The position numbers and the translations under genes are program-made. Positions 39,262 through 51,326 of a stretch of DNA of 64,000 bases are shown piece by piece. This stretch comes from Phoronis australis (Eukaryota; Animalia; Phoronida), in assembly GCA_002633005.1 (NCBI GenBank), contig NMRA01000321.1:447131-511130 (forward strand), given 5' to 3'. Each line of letters starts with the position of its first letter. The first letter of the stretch is position 1. The notes below the pieces were generated by a model. The model ran no database searches. It saw nothing but the letters and a program-made list of their open reading frames with translations, and was not told the DNA's origin.

Positions 39262-42200
39262 TCACCAGCCACGCCCTGTCAGCTCGACGTACTTCCGATC
39301 TGACTACAACAAACACTACAAAAGCCACATAACAAGCACTGCGAATGCGACTACACTCCTTTCTACTATTCCTGCTTCTGTTGCTGCTACTACCACTAAC
39401 ATTACTGTTAGTAAACTCTACTAACGTATATGGATGTGCAGTTTGGCCAAGCATATCCTAAGCAACTGCCTATTTGTAAATAATGAATACTATACGGTAG
39501 GGCAGCTTACCTCTTCGTTGAAGTTCAAGTCTGCTAAAGTATTCTCCTCCACTGTTTTTCCTGAGGAAGAAAATGAAGCTTTAAATAATCGAATGATACA
39601 ATCCTAGAACTAGTCTCTATATTGCTGGAGTGCTCAACACCGATAGAAAGGCTCATTTAAGAAAGTCGCATTTTAACAGCACCTCGGTAGGTCTCGTCTA
39701 TTTATACATTTGGCAGCATTACTTAGGACGTGCAGATATACAGCTAATGTAGAAATGTACGAGACTAATTATCTCAAATAGGTAACGGAGAAGGAATGAA
39801 AGTTCGTCACTTACTTGACTTCACTGTTTCCTCTAATTTTTTCACTTTTTCTTCAAGAATATTCACCTGGCTGTCCTTTGCCATTGTGACCCCGTCACTC
39901 TTGTTGACCTACGCAAGGATAACGAGCAAAATGGATTCACCAAACTTTTTCCAAGATGTGTGGACAGGATTTCTCAGATCAACAAAACAAATGTCTGCTT
40001 TGACCTATAATGCAAACTTTGACCCATTATGTTCATTCGTGTCCACCATGTCCGTTTTGAACCCTCGTGTCCACTTTGACCGATCATACCCGTTATGCCC
40101 ATGTTTTTGTTAGAGACAGGTTTAATGCTGTAAAATCCATTTTCTCTCGTTTAATCGATTTTGAACCACGCCTATGATAGACTAGTGCACTTACACCATT
40201 CTTCGCGGCAACTGTGTGAAATTAAAGTGTTTGAATACCTCGGTGTTATGTTGGTAGTTATGCAGTGTATCCTCGACATCCTCAGTATCGTCAGGCTCGT
40301 CATTTTCCTCGACCAGCCTTCCCTTGAGGTCGTCCAATTCTGATGACATTGAGGCCAGCTTCTCCTTTAGATCTTCGTTCTCCTAGAGTTAACAGTACAC
40401 GTACAAAAAAGACAAGGTAGCCCTTCAGGCCACTGGGTTCATTCCTCCAAATCGAACCTTATTTTTGACATTTCCATTCTACTTCCGAGTGAAATTAACG
40501 TGACAAATTTTTATTATTCTGTGTTCGAGTTCATCATAGTTTACGCACATGACTGTATAATCTTAATCTAATTTGCATTTTGTGATTCCAACGTTAAGCC
40601 AAGCCAGGGCAGACGGGTAACTACATGTAAATGTACAAACTGAGCTGTCTAACTCAAGTGAGCCGTAGCTGTATGGGACAGCAGCTAGTTCACTCGCGGT
40701 CAGCCGTGCTACAAGTGTGAGACAAATCAGCTCCTTTAGCAAGTCGTACGGTCTGCGCTGGCCTGCAGTATGTCTGATTTCGAAATCTCAGTGATCGTCA
40801 ATGGTGACTCTGAACTAGACGCTGATCTTCGTAGACTATAAAATACTCGAGTACAGAATAATAGACACATATCTTAAGTTCGCGTTAACGGAAAATGTCA
40901 AAACCAATTTGGAGTTCGATTCCACATCCTAAGAGAAGACCCCAGGCACAGACGTAGCTCTTGAAAAAATGTAGCTAACCGAATTCAAATGAAACGCTGC
41001 TACATGTACATAGGCGGATTTAGGGAGGTGGGGGGTCAGCCCCCCCCCCCCTCTTGGCTGTCGCAAGCAAAGTGAAACAACAGCAACGGCGGGGACCGTG
41101 AGGAAATAATGAGTTAGGTAACAAAGACCGGTAGCGGATGAGGGGGGGGGGACTCAGACCCCAGATCATAGTAGCTGGAGTCCGTTCCCCGTTCCTTTTA
41201 TTTTTATTTTAGTCCAACGACAGACTATGGGAATAGAAGGTCCACAAGCACGGCCCCGCAACTTACTGGCCGCCTGTGTACATGCACTCGAGATTTGCCC
41301 AATTTCCCGAGGCAACATGTTGGGCCTCCTTATGGTATCCTAGATCCGCCACTGTGGTAATACAGAATGTCCCAAAATGTTATCCATATTTTGCTTCAGA
41401 TAATTAAGGGAACTCAACCAAACTAAACCGCAACTACTATGGGTGGATGAAATCTTAGCGAAATTACAAAAATAATGTCGAGTCGTCGTGTTATCGATTG
41501 GTTGTCTGTCTAAAATTTGTTTGGCGTGTCCACTGTTTTGTTCATGTAAGCACTCTTGAGAGTGGCGTGCCATAGGCGGTTTTAGCCGGAGGACAGGGGG
41601 TCCGCACCCCCTAGGCTGAAAAATAAACAGCGTGAAGAGGGGGGAGGGGGCAGAGCGCAGCGGAATCGTGTACCCGTTTTTTTTTTAGTCCTCCGGTAGA
41701 ATTTGGCAACACCAGGTCCTCATCGCCAGCCCTCGCAACTTTCGGGCCGCCTGTGCATACAATCGTGCTTTGCCCAAGTCACCGAGGCAACATCTTGGGC
41801 CCCCCTTATGGTATCCTAGATCCGCCACTGCGTGCACTACTGTGGACCAATAGGAGCACCCCGCATTACACGCGATGGAATTCTCCTTCATCCCCGGGAT
41901 AAGAAAGCGCACTTACGCGTCTCTCATTTATGTCGGGAAGGCTACGAATTTTAGATCACGCATCCAATGGTATTTTTCCAGTCGGAGTTGCAGTCAACAG
42001 TAACTTTGTTGGCATTGGAAAGACGAAGAGAGTAATGCAACCAAGGAAAGGTTTTAAAGAATCACGCAACAACAAATAACATGTTACACGTAAACGAGGC
42101 ATCAGATGTACACATGTACCTGATGGATGTTTACGGCATTTTCGGTAAATTAAGCGAGCCTCGAGGTCGCTGTGTAATCCGGGACGTAACTATGGGTGAG

Positions 42201-43783
42201 AAGAATGTTTCTGAATCGATTAAATGTCACCAAGCCATACAGACAGTAACTTTTTTAAAATACATGCTTCAGATGTGATAACGTACATTGTAGGTTAGTA
42301 ACATTTTTGGTCATCCAGTTTTTTGTTTCTGAAATGATTAAATTCTGCCTAAAATGATCAGAGTACTACTTGTGCCGCGGTGCGATGAAATGCATGCGCT
42401 GCAGTGGCGACTGCTTGGGTGAGGAGAGACTTGTGACTGGTCTAGAGTTTAAAATTTGAGGGAGCTCGCAATGTGTGAATTCATAACACGGCCCAGGGGC
42501 ATTTTTCAACGTTTCAACGTGATTCCGGACGTTTATTTTTTGACGTTGGAAAATAACACCGGTAGTTTCAACGGTTTCACTATGAAATGTGAGGTTTTTG
42601 AAAAAATACATTCATGGGTTATATTCAAACACACGTGATTGACAAGCTTTAAGCTTCTCAAACACTGCGCTGGTCAGTATGGTAACGATTCAACCTCGCG
42701 TGAAACAGCTTACAAATTTTGGATTTTTGGAGGAGGAAGCTTTGCAGGGGAATTTCACTGAGGCGTGAATTGCACGGTGTTGTTTCAGCGGTTCAGTCTC
42801 GCTAACATTTTGCCGATATTTAATGGGTAAACGCGTCAAAGAATTATGACAGCGCGAACCAGAGCCACTGCTAAGACAATTGTCGCATGGTATAGATGAA
42901 ATACGGTATCTTGTCAACGCACTGAGGCCACAGATAATAACGCTGCACACCCACTGACGCCGCCGATGTGCAACGGTAATGCAATTGAAGGTGAAACCAG
43001 TGATGCCTGCCGACGACAAAGACAACAGCAAGGACTCGGTAACGACGGTGTTGCCAACAAGGGAGAAACCGGCGACTTGGCGATGACTTACTTTAGTAGT
43101 TTGTTTTACACAAAATAAAACAGCACTCCCCCTCACTATCGACACATTTTCAAACATCTGACAAGTTTTCAAAGGCAGCAGACTCCTTTTGCATAAAAAA
43201 CATGTATGCTGTGCCTAATCATGAACACCTCCAGTGTTTTGTAGCCTCGAATTTCCCTCGAAGGTTAATGTGTCTGCGTATGTGCAAATTTCAGTCAAAC
43301 GCCTATCTCTACTTTGGAAATTATATGTCTATGAATAAATTCCGCACATGCGCCGATAACACTCAAATTGCCTTTGCGAAAATACCCGGGATTCCCCGGA
43401 TGGTTGTGCACAAGTGGAAGAATTAAACTCAGTAACGAGCGCCCTCTGTCAATTAAACTTTTAGTGAATACCTGCTTTAATTCTTTTTCCTTTTCTAAAT
43501 GTTTTCTTTCTGCATCTTGCAACCTTTCTTTCAAGCGCCTGATTTCCTCGCCTTTCTCATCCGCCAACATTCCTTGTCCTTCTCCATGATCCATTGTAAG
43601 CACAGCAGCAACTTTTGACAATACTTGAGCAGCGATTTTCTCTAAATCGTGTTGGTTCAAATGTGGATAACTGATCGGATCTTCGTTCTGGGATGAGGAC
43701 TCACTGACAGGTGATTTTGTGGCCCGGTAATAATTCGGCTGTATACTAATTGGCGCCATGCGCGGTTCAGTGTAGTTCTCCAT
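39262..43783 (-). CDS. uncharacterised coiled-coil protein, 5 coding exons, ~213 aa
   Basis: Phase-consistent GT-AG exons 43783-43472, 40382-40239, 39908-39815, 39560-39511, 39303-39262. Product includes EEIRRLKERLQDAERKHLEKEKELKQENEDLKEKL and ends KYVELTGRGW*. A probable upstream exon donor AG|GTAAGT lies at 45830. Confidence 0.75.
41009..41830 (-). mobile_element. two adjacent copies of the same MITE family (41009-41354, 41571-41830)
   Basis: CATAGGCGG...TATGGTATCCTAGATCCGCCACTG; the second copy is flanked by the TSD cgtgc. Confidence 0.75.
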
Positions 43784-43869
43784 ATTCGCGAATGACCAAA
43801 GTATGCATTTCCCGAACGCCAACGGTGCTTATGGTTCGTCGGACACAATCTATAATGCATAGTGATCAT

Positions 43870-44745
43870 TACATCAATAATAAGGCGATCAACAATGTCA
43901 AGGTGGAGCAGATTTTCCAGGCACGGTGTAACACGGAGAATCTGCTCCACCAATTTAAATTTTGAGAGTGACGTAGGTAAGATTTTCCAGTTATTGCGTG
44001 CCAATGGTTACCCTTTGAATTTTCTGAATAACTGTAAAAAGCACTTTCTTTCAAAAATGAATGAGGCAGATAAGGTAGTTGTTATTGGAACCGAGAAAAA
44101 GAAAGTTTTCTTTTCTCTTGGTTACACCGGGCCAAGTAGTATAAAATTGGAACGTCAATTATCTCGCCTTATTCATTGCATTGGCCCAGCAGTTGAACTG
44201 ATAGTTGTTTTCAAACCCCTCCGGAAACTTTCTAATGTGCTGTGTAAACTGAAGTCACCCATCCCTTTATTGAACAAGAGCAATGTCGTGTATAAGGTAA
44301 CTGTAAGGAATTCTGTATAGGACTCACACAGAGACGCCTCTGTGGCAGGTTGAACGAACATCACACCTCAGAGAAAAGTAGCATATATAGGCAATGTATT
44401 AGCTACAATCACCAAGCTAACTCTGTTAGTATTATCTGCAGAGAACCTAATAAGGAGTTACTCTACATTAAAGAGCCATTGGACATTCAGAACCAGCATG
44501 CCACTGACCCTCTGAATAACATGCAGATCTCAGTGACCCTGCAACTATGGTGATGACCAGCTACTGACTATATTCTATGTATCTCCCACTTCACTTTATG
44601 GATGTTACGTGAGCTGTATGTTGGCACTTTTTGTCCTAAATTTTTGTAAGTATGATCCTGATGATATCTAATGAAAAGACGAAACGTTGAATTGAACATA
44701 AACTTTTTATTTGTGCGGCGATCGTCCGGTTTTTAACCTAAAAAT
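43870..44745 (+). mobile_element. Penelope-like retroelement 3' fragment (RT thumb + GIY-YIG), degenerate
   Basis: ICST..FESDVGKIFQLLRANGYP, LGYTGPSS, SNVVYKV and, after a frameshift, IGLTQRRLCGRLNEH. The 3' region has CTGATGA...GAAAC. Confidence 0.8.
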
Positions 44746-45480
44746 TATGTTGGCAGTACTTCTTTGTGACACCATTATTTAGTCAAGTTCATAAAATATA
44801 CCCCAAATGGGCAAAAATTGCTGCTCAAGTCTAAAAAGTGTCCCTTTCCATAAAATTTTGTTAATGCACGGGTACTCCAATTTTTCAGTGGTGGCTGCCT
44901 CCACGGACAAACACTGAGGCAACAAATGGGTGTGCAGGTGGAGGCACAACAGTTGTTGGCTGGTCGTGGAGGATCGCCGTGAAGCAAGTGCCAACTCCGG
45001 GCGAAACTTGGTGGTAATGGAGTTGAAACTGGTTGTCCACCTGGGAGAGGTTGCACTCACAATTGATATTTCACTCTCCCGCCTCCCACCCCCAGTGAGC
45101 AATCCATCCTACATATACCTATGACCTTGGCCCCTTATTACTACGCCATGGTCGATCTGTCGAGTTCTGGGTAATCTAAACGACACCTTGCATTACGTAG
45201 CGGTCCATGATTGGGTTCGTGACGGCGGAAAAAATGAAAAATTGGAAATTGTCTATTTTTGATCTAAATTAAAATTGCTGCACGATTGAGCACAGGTTCG
45301 GTGCAAGACTGTCACATATATTTTAACAGCGATATAAAGCTGGGTCTGACTAGGTCTTCAGTTAAACATGGCAATTACTGGAAAAGGAAAATTTGCTCTT
45401 CAAAGATTCGTAAAATGATGTTGTGCTGGTTGCCGAGTAGGCCTTACGTTATTGCCTATCCAAATGAAGTACTGTCAGTC

Positions 45481-45532
45481 GGGGAATTCCCCCAAATTGA
45501 CACGATCACGATGACAAATTACGGGGTTTTCC
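45481..45532. promoter_or_regulatory. paired kB sites
   Basis: Perfect palindrome GGGGAATTCCCC at 45481-45492 and GGGGTTTTCC at 45523-45532. Confidence 0.5.
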
Positions 45533-48299
45533 AGCGACTGTAATATACCGGTACTGTATTTATTAAATACGTGATGGCCTTGCACCTGTTAACCAGCAAA
45601 CATGAGGGGGTGTTACAGAATAAAATCCCAACTGGTAAAATCAACGCTATCAAAAGACTTCAAACTAATCGTGACGCCATTACAATAAGTCGCGTTTGCG
45701 TAGTCAGGCACCCACAGTGTCGGCGAGAATCACTTTTCTGGCATTTCTGTTAACCTTGTTCAAAGCTATGGGCACACTGGATGACCTACATGTACATCTG
45801 TTTTCGTCTCAATAAATGTATGAACTTACCTTTACTCATAGACAGACGTCCAAATCAGTGTGCTATGACTTGTGTTATTATCGTTCCAAGAGTTGAATGT
45901 CTACCGTAAGGTAGCCGAGCCAGCACGCAGGTATCACTTGATTTGCTTCGGGATTTTTTTTACGCCGGCGTTTCTGATTGGCTAGTCGAATTCTCAACAG
46001 GCAGCGCTGTATGCAAACAAACTGAAGTGGCTGATGGACTAAAATACGGTCTGTTGGACAGACAAATCTGTGTTTGAAATTTATTTTCAGGAATGTGAAT
46101 CCTAGAAATTGTGGATGCGCCTTTTCGGAGTGCATCTTTCTACTGTCCGACTTTTGTTTACGATACTGTCCTGTATTCATACATGTACAGTATGAATAAC
46201 ACACCGGTTAAATCGGCCAGATATGCGTTTATTGTACATGTATGTGCTTCAAGCACGCGGCTATTAAACATTACTGCAGAAACGAAATAGTTGCTGCGAC
46301 GCCACTTACATGACAAGGCTATTTAATTTAGCATGTTCAAATAACCATAGCTGTTATATAGTTGACTAGATAAGATATTAGGAAAATAATTTCAACGATT
46401 CAAAAGATTTCTATCCTATAAAGACAAATATTTTTCAATATGAATCCTCCACACTAATTGCTGTGGATAGATTAGTGTGGCATTCAACTCGAATTATACA
46501 TCTTTATATAATATACTTAATTGGACCATTGGTTCCGTTTGATACAATTGTTAAATAAAAATTCGGAATGCAGTGACGGCGAAAAATGCTATAAACTACT
46601 CCAAGTATCTATTCGAAACTTACAGACAATTGTTTTCTGATAGATAAAAAATGGGAAATAATCGATCACGTGGCTTTGAAATGTACTGTAGATAGCTCAT
46701 CACATTTCTAGTATTGCAGAACTTTCCCATTCAAGTTAAGAAATAAACACTTTTCTTCAGAAAGTAAAAGGTAGTGATCCTGATACATGTAGAGTGCATG
46801 TTACATTAAACAAATGATATTCTGTCATTGGAATACACTTTACGATTGTTATGTTACTAAAGCAAGTGGACTCTGGAAAAAAAACAAGGCTAATATGAAG
46901 AGACAGTGCTATTTTGAACCCCTGCTGCCTAGTTGTCACGGTCAACATTCAGGAAAGTGGGACTTCAGAATAAACAGCGGAACATCTGGGTCTAAGCCAA
47001 AACATAAATTGGCTTGATTTGGTAACTACAACTCTCGAATGAAATTCAGTGGATCATGGAGCAGGCAGCTGGAGATTCTCAGTGCAAACTCTCGCGGCTA
47101 GTCTCGGGGTCGGTTAATAATACATAGGCCACGTGCGACAGTTGGAATTTCAGGGTCAATGTTCTATGAAAAAAAACAAAATGAATGGGACTATCGCGGA
47201 TTTATTGCCCAAAAGATTCAAACTCGTTGGCGTTCAAGAAGTAATAAAAAGCAAATAAAATTAGTCATTTGAATAATTGTAGAAGAGACCACATCCACAC
47301 AGGGCCTATATTTGAACGTTACTGGCCCGGCGGCAAATCCACTGGCCCCAGGCTGTCGCTAGTACATACTAAATGACGTCATGCAACACGCATCTAAATC
47401 AGTGATAATTCAAAAGTCTACTCTGAATACTGTTTGATTCTTACTTATCATAATTTTATGTAAGTTTAGTTCCCATCTCAGCTATTTCTTATATCATTAA
47501 AGTAAACTTATAACCAAATTCTCACCTTAAGAAGAAGTATGTCCACTACTAACATTTTTTTAGGTTTTTGATATGTTATAGAGCTTTTCAAGGGCTTCCA
47601 TTTGGTACATAATTCATATTCCAATTTTATTTGAGTCACACCCCATTTGAACACAAATTGATTGAACTTTGTACCCAAAATGAATACCACACAAATCTAA
47701 TTACTCCTACTGTCCTCTCTGACAACGTGTAATTTATTATTTTGCTGGGCTAATTTAGTGTTACAATTAGTGTCAGCAGAGCATCTGGCTAGCTTGAGGA
47801 ATATTAACAGATGCCTGAGCGCGTTGAGACTTCGGCTATACAATAATGAATATTTTGGACGAAACCAACAGGCAAATGAAAGAACCAATCAGTTATATTT
47901 GTGCTGCAAAGACATTTAATTGATAAGAATGACCTCGCTGTTTAATTTAGAGTTGTGACGAAGCTTAATTATCTCTGTCTGACAATCTTTTGGTTCACAT
48001 TTGCTTGGCTTCAGGGGCATAACTTCTGCTGGGCGGAGTGTCAGGGGTGTGGCACCCCCCAATAATTTTCGATTTAGTAGGGCAAGGGCACAAAAAGTAG
48101 GGCAACGACAGTAAAATTGAGCAAATAGTTCCATTCAAATATTAAAGGCTTTCAAGTTTGCAAATCATGCAAAAGCTTGTACGATGCGGATTTTTTTGAT
48201 TGTTGGTATTTTTTCCTACATGCATTTTATAGCACGAATTATGTCACTGGATTCTGCTGGTCCTTTTTATTCGCAAGAATTGCCAAACCGATGGAAAAC

Positions 48300-49090
48300 A
48301 AGATTTTATTCATATTTTTGACGCAGTCACGCTAAAATACGATTTAATCTTTGCTACAGAAGGAAGAGTTTATCCTGAATGAATTGAGACTAATCGATAT
48401 AACTGTTTCATTGTTCAGGAACTCTACTGAGGAAATGCTTAGATCAATGCCAGAATCCGATTTGCTAGATTGAAACACAATACCCGAGAAAGAGTTTTCT
48501 GACAAAATGACGAAGCGTACATCAAAAAAGATAAACCAGTGCGCTTCAACTTCATCAGCTGTGGGTTTACACGAAACATACCAAAGATGGACAATTGAGA
48601 TTCTGAGCTCTCCATACGCTGTCCAGCGAGTACAGAAACAACATAAGACGTTGCTTTTCCCATATTGAACAATCTCGTTACATTATTTCAACCACCTCTT
48701 GTAATCCCTCCAGAAGACGAATTCTTGGCTTTTTGTGATCTCTTCCCGCCAACGGTTAGTACAGACAAAGCTAACATGGAAGTTGAGCATGATACATCTA
48801 TTTTCACAAATCTGTGTACGTTCTTGAAGCCACCTATTGACACGGTTACCGCTTTCAAGAATAATTTAAAGGGATCTTCGCGTGCATCTACAAAGCTTTT
48901 CATTTTTACCAAACTAAAAACAATGAAAAATTGCCCCCGTTCAACTATGAATGACGAGAGATTGGAAGACCTGGATGTTCTTGCAACTGAAACGAATTTG
49001 AAAGATACCATCAATGCTGAAGCCAAAAACGACGTCTGGAGTAATAAAAAGAACAGGACGCTTAAGATAAAGACTGCAAGTTTATAATTA
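48300..49090 (+). pseudogene. hAT transposase C-terminal (dimerisation domain) remnant
   Basis: FTKLKTMKNCPRSTMNDERLEDLDVLATE fits FSxLKxxKxxLRSTMxxxRLxxL; the upstream part is broken by stops. Confidence 0.75.
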
Positions 49091-51202
49091 TGACTAACCA
49101 CAAGTCTACAGGTCTTTGAAAACATGAAACAACGATATCGAACTCTAGCTTCAGGTGGTAACATTTACATGTAATCAACCCATTTGTTTGACTGTTCAAC
49201 TGTACGTTTGGGAATGATTTTGTCTGAACTACGCTGTGATCACCCAACTGAGGGTACGTGTAGACTGCCAATTACTATCAACAATTCCATGGTCGTTATT
49301 CGTTGATTTATTGTCATAATACAGCCACCTGTACCACCTTGGCTTTCAGAGAATTCGATGAGCAGCTGTATCAAAATGTACCGCAAATTACACCTTTAAG
49401 GACACGCCCCAAAGCAAAGGTACTAGTTTCGTCCCCTACTGGGCTTATTACAGAATATAAGACATTTGAAGTTGTATCCTTAAGCAAACATGTGCAGCTG
49501 GATGTATTTTTGCAATGAAAAAGTTGAAACATGTGCAGCTGGATGTATTTTTGCAATGAAAAAGTTGAAGACACGTGATCTGTTGTTAACTGAAAAGTAA
49601 TTTGCTAAGTTGAGCTCATTGCAAAAAAACTGGTTGCATAGTCAGTTATCTAGATTTTGGGCGTTCCAGACAGCCATACGCCTTTTATTATGGTAACTCT
49701 CATTTATTATCATAATGCAGCTTTTAAATATAATAATGCAATAATGTGGGTATCCCATTGATCAGATCATGGCTGAAAACAATGGAAATTACGCACAGGA
49801 AAACGCGATTAAAACGTTAACGTATGAGGTGAAATCTGAGGATGAGTCCAAGTTTTGCTTTACTTAGAGAAAGCAATCAGCAGTAGAGAGAAAAGATATA
49901 GAATTTGCACAAAAGAGGCACATCTGAAAAGTTGTACAACATATTAAGGACAGCGTGCAGCGGCTAAAACACCTTTATGACAGTAGAAATGTACATGTAT
50001 GTATTGTTCGAAAAAATGTTGTTACCCGTTTTTTCTTAGCCTACCGGTGTTGGAAAATTGGCGTTTGGCTGATCTACTGCTAAAATTGAAGTGCTCTCTT
50101 GTGAGTCGGCATAAGGCGATTACTTCACCTGACCTGAACAGTTTTCCCCCCCGTTTATTCCTCTATCAACCGGTTTTCGCTGCCACGAGGTTGAGTGGAT
50201 GTCACAACAAATTGTCGGAACAGTTTTGATTTCGTTATATGTTTTTAGTATTTTTAAGATCAGCAAACGGTGGTTTAGATCAAAGTTTGTTGCTGCGAAG
50301 CTATCACCATGTTCCAAGAGATGTATAATAGGACGGCGCGTGCGCGTGTCACTAGCGTAGTTTTCAAAACGATTACAGAGTTTCTTTGGGTTCGTGATGA
50401 GGCTACTGTATTGTAGAAGGCCTACTTAATTAATGACTGGGGTATGCTATAACACCATATGTTGGTGTTTTTCATGAAAATGCGTATTTTAGATATAAAA
50501 ATGTTGGCACCATACTAGGCATTTAATACTGAGCGTATCGTCATTAAGAACGAAGCTCCGCAAAATACCAATAATTTTATTTAAGTATACATCCGCCATG
50601 ATAATTATTAAATTTCTTAAATAAACACACTTTTCCTGGGCATATCAAGGAATATTTGTTAGTCAGCAAATAAAACATCTACAGGAGTCTATCCGTTGTT
50701 AAAGTTATAATAGTCCCATTTTTGTAGAATCAATATAGTTCGATACCGGGTTGTCGTTAACACAAACTTTGTCGACAACCCGACAGGACTTTTTGTTTGA
50801 AAGCTTCATACAAACTTGCTCGTAGTTTTGATACTGCGAGCAAGTTTGTATTAAGGTGTCAAACAAAAAGTCAAGTCGGGTTTTCAACTATTTTCGTAGG
50901 GCGTGTATTTTTCTTTTTTCCATCAGTCAAAAAATATTTGTTCAAATATTGGACACGTTGCTTACTATTCAATAAAATATGGCGAAATAAATGCTAATTA
51001 TCCAGAATTTATGTTAAATTCAGTAAATTGGTTCAATATTTTATTGATTTTTCATGAGCATTAAAAGGTGCTCCCTGCCCAAAGCAAATTCCATATACAG
51101 CACAGTGAAATTGATATTATTTATTTTCGCAGCTAAAAGGCATACTCATGACCAAGTTTCTCGACAGGTGTTGGTCAACACGGTGCAATCGTTGACTATA
51201 AG

Positions 51203-51293
51203 AGGCTGATCGGTCTCCACGGCAAACTAGCCGGTTTCTACTGCTCAAGGCTGATCGGTCTCCACGGCAAACTAGCCGGTTTCTACTGCTCAA
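51203..51293 (+). repeat. 45-bp tandem duplication in the putative 5' UTR
   Basis: aggctgatcggtctccacggcaaactagccggtttctactgctca occurs twice. Confidence 0.9.
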
Positions 51294-51326
51294 GCACTGC
51301 ACAATAATACGTTAAAGAAAGGAGAG

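Noticed and set aside
42690-43172. 160-aa minus ORF as an extra exon of the coiled-coil gene
   Set aside because: Composition is non-coding-like and it is not needed for phase continuity.
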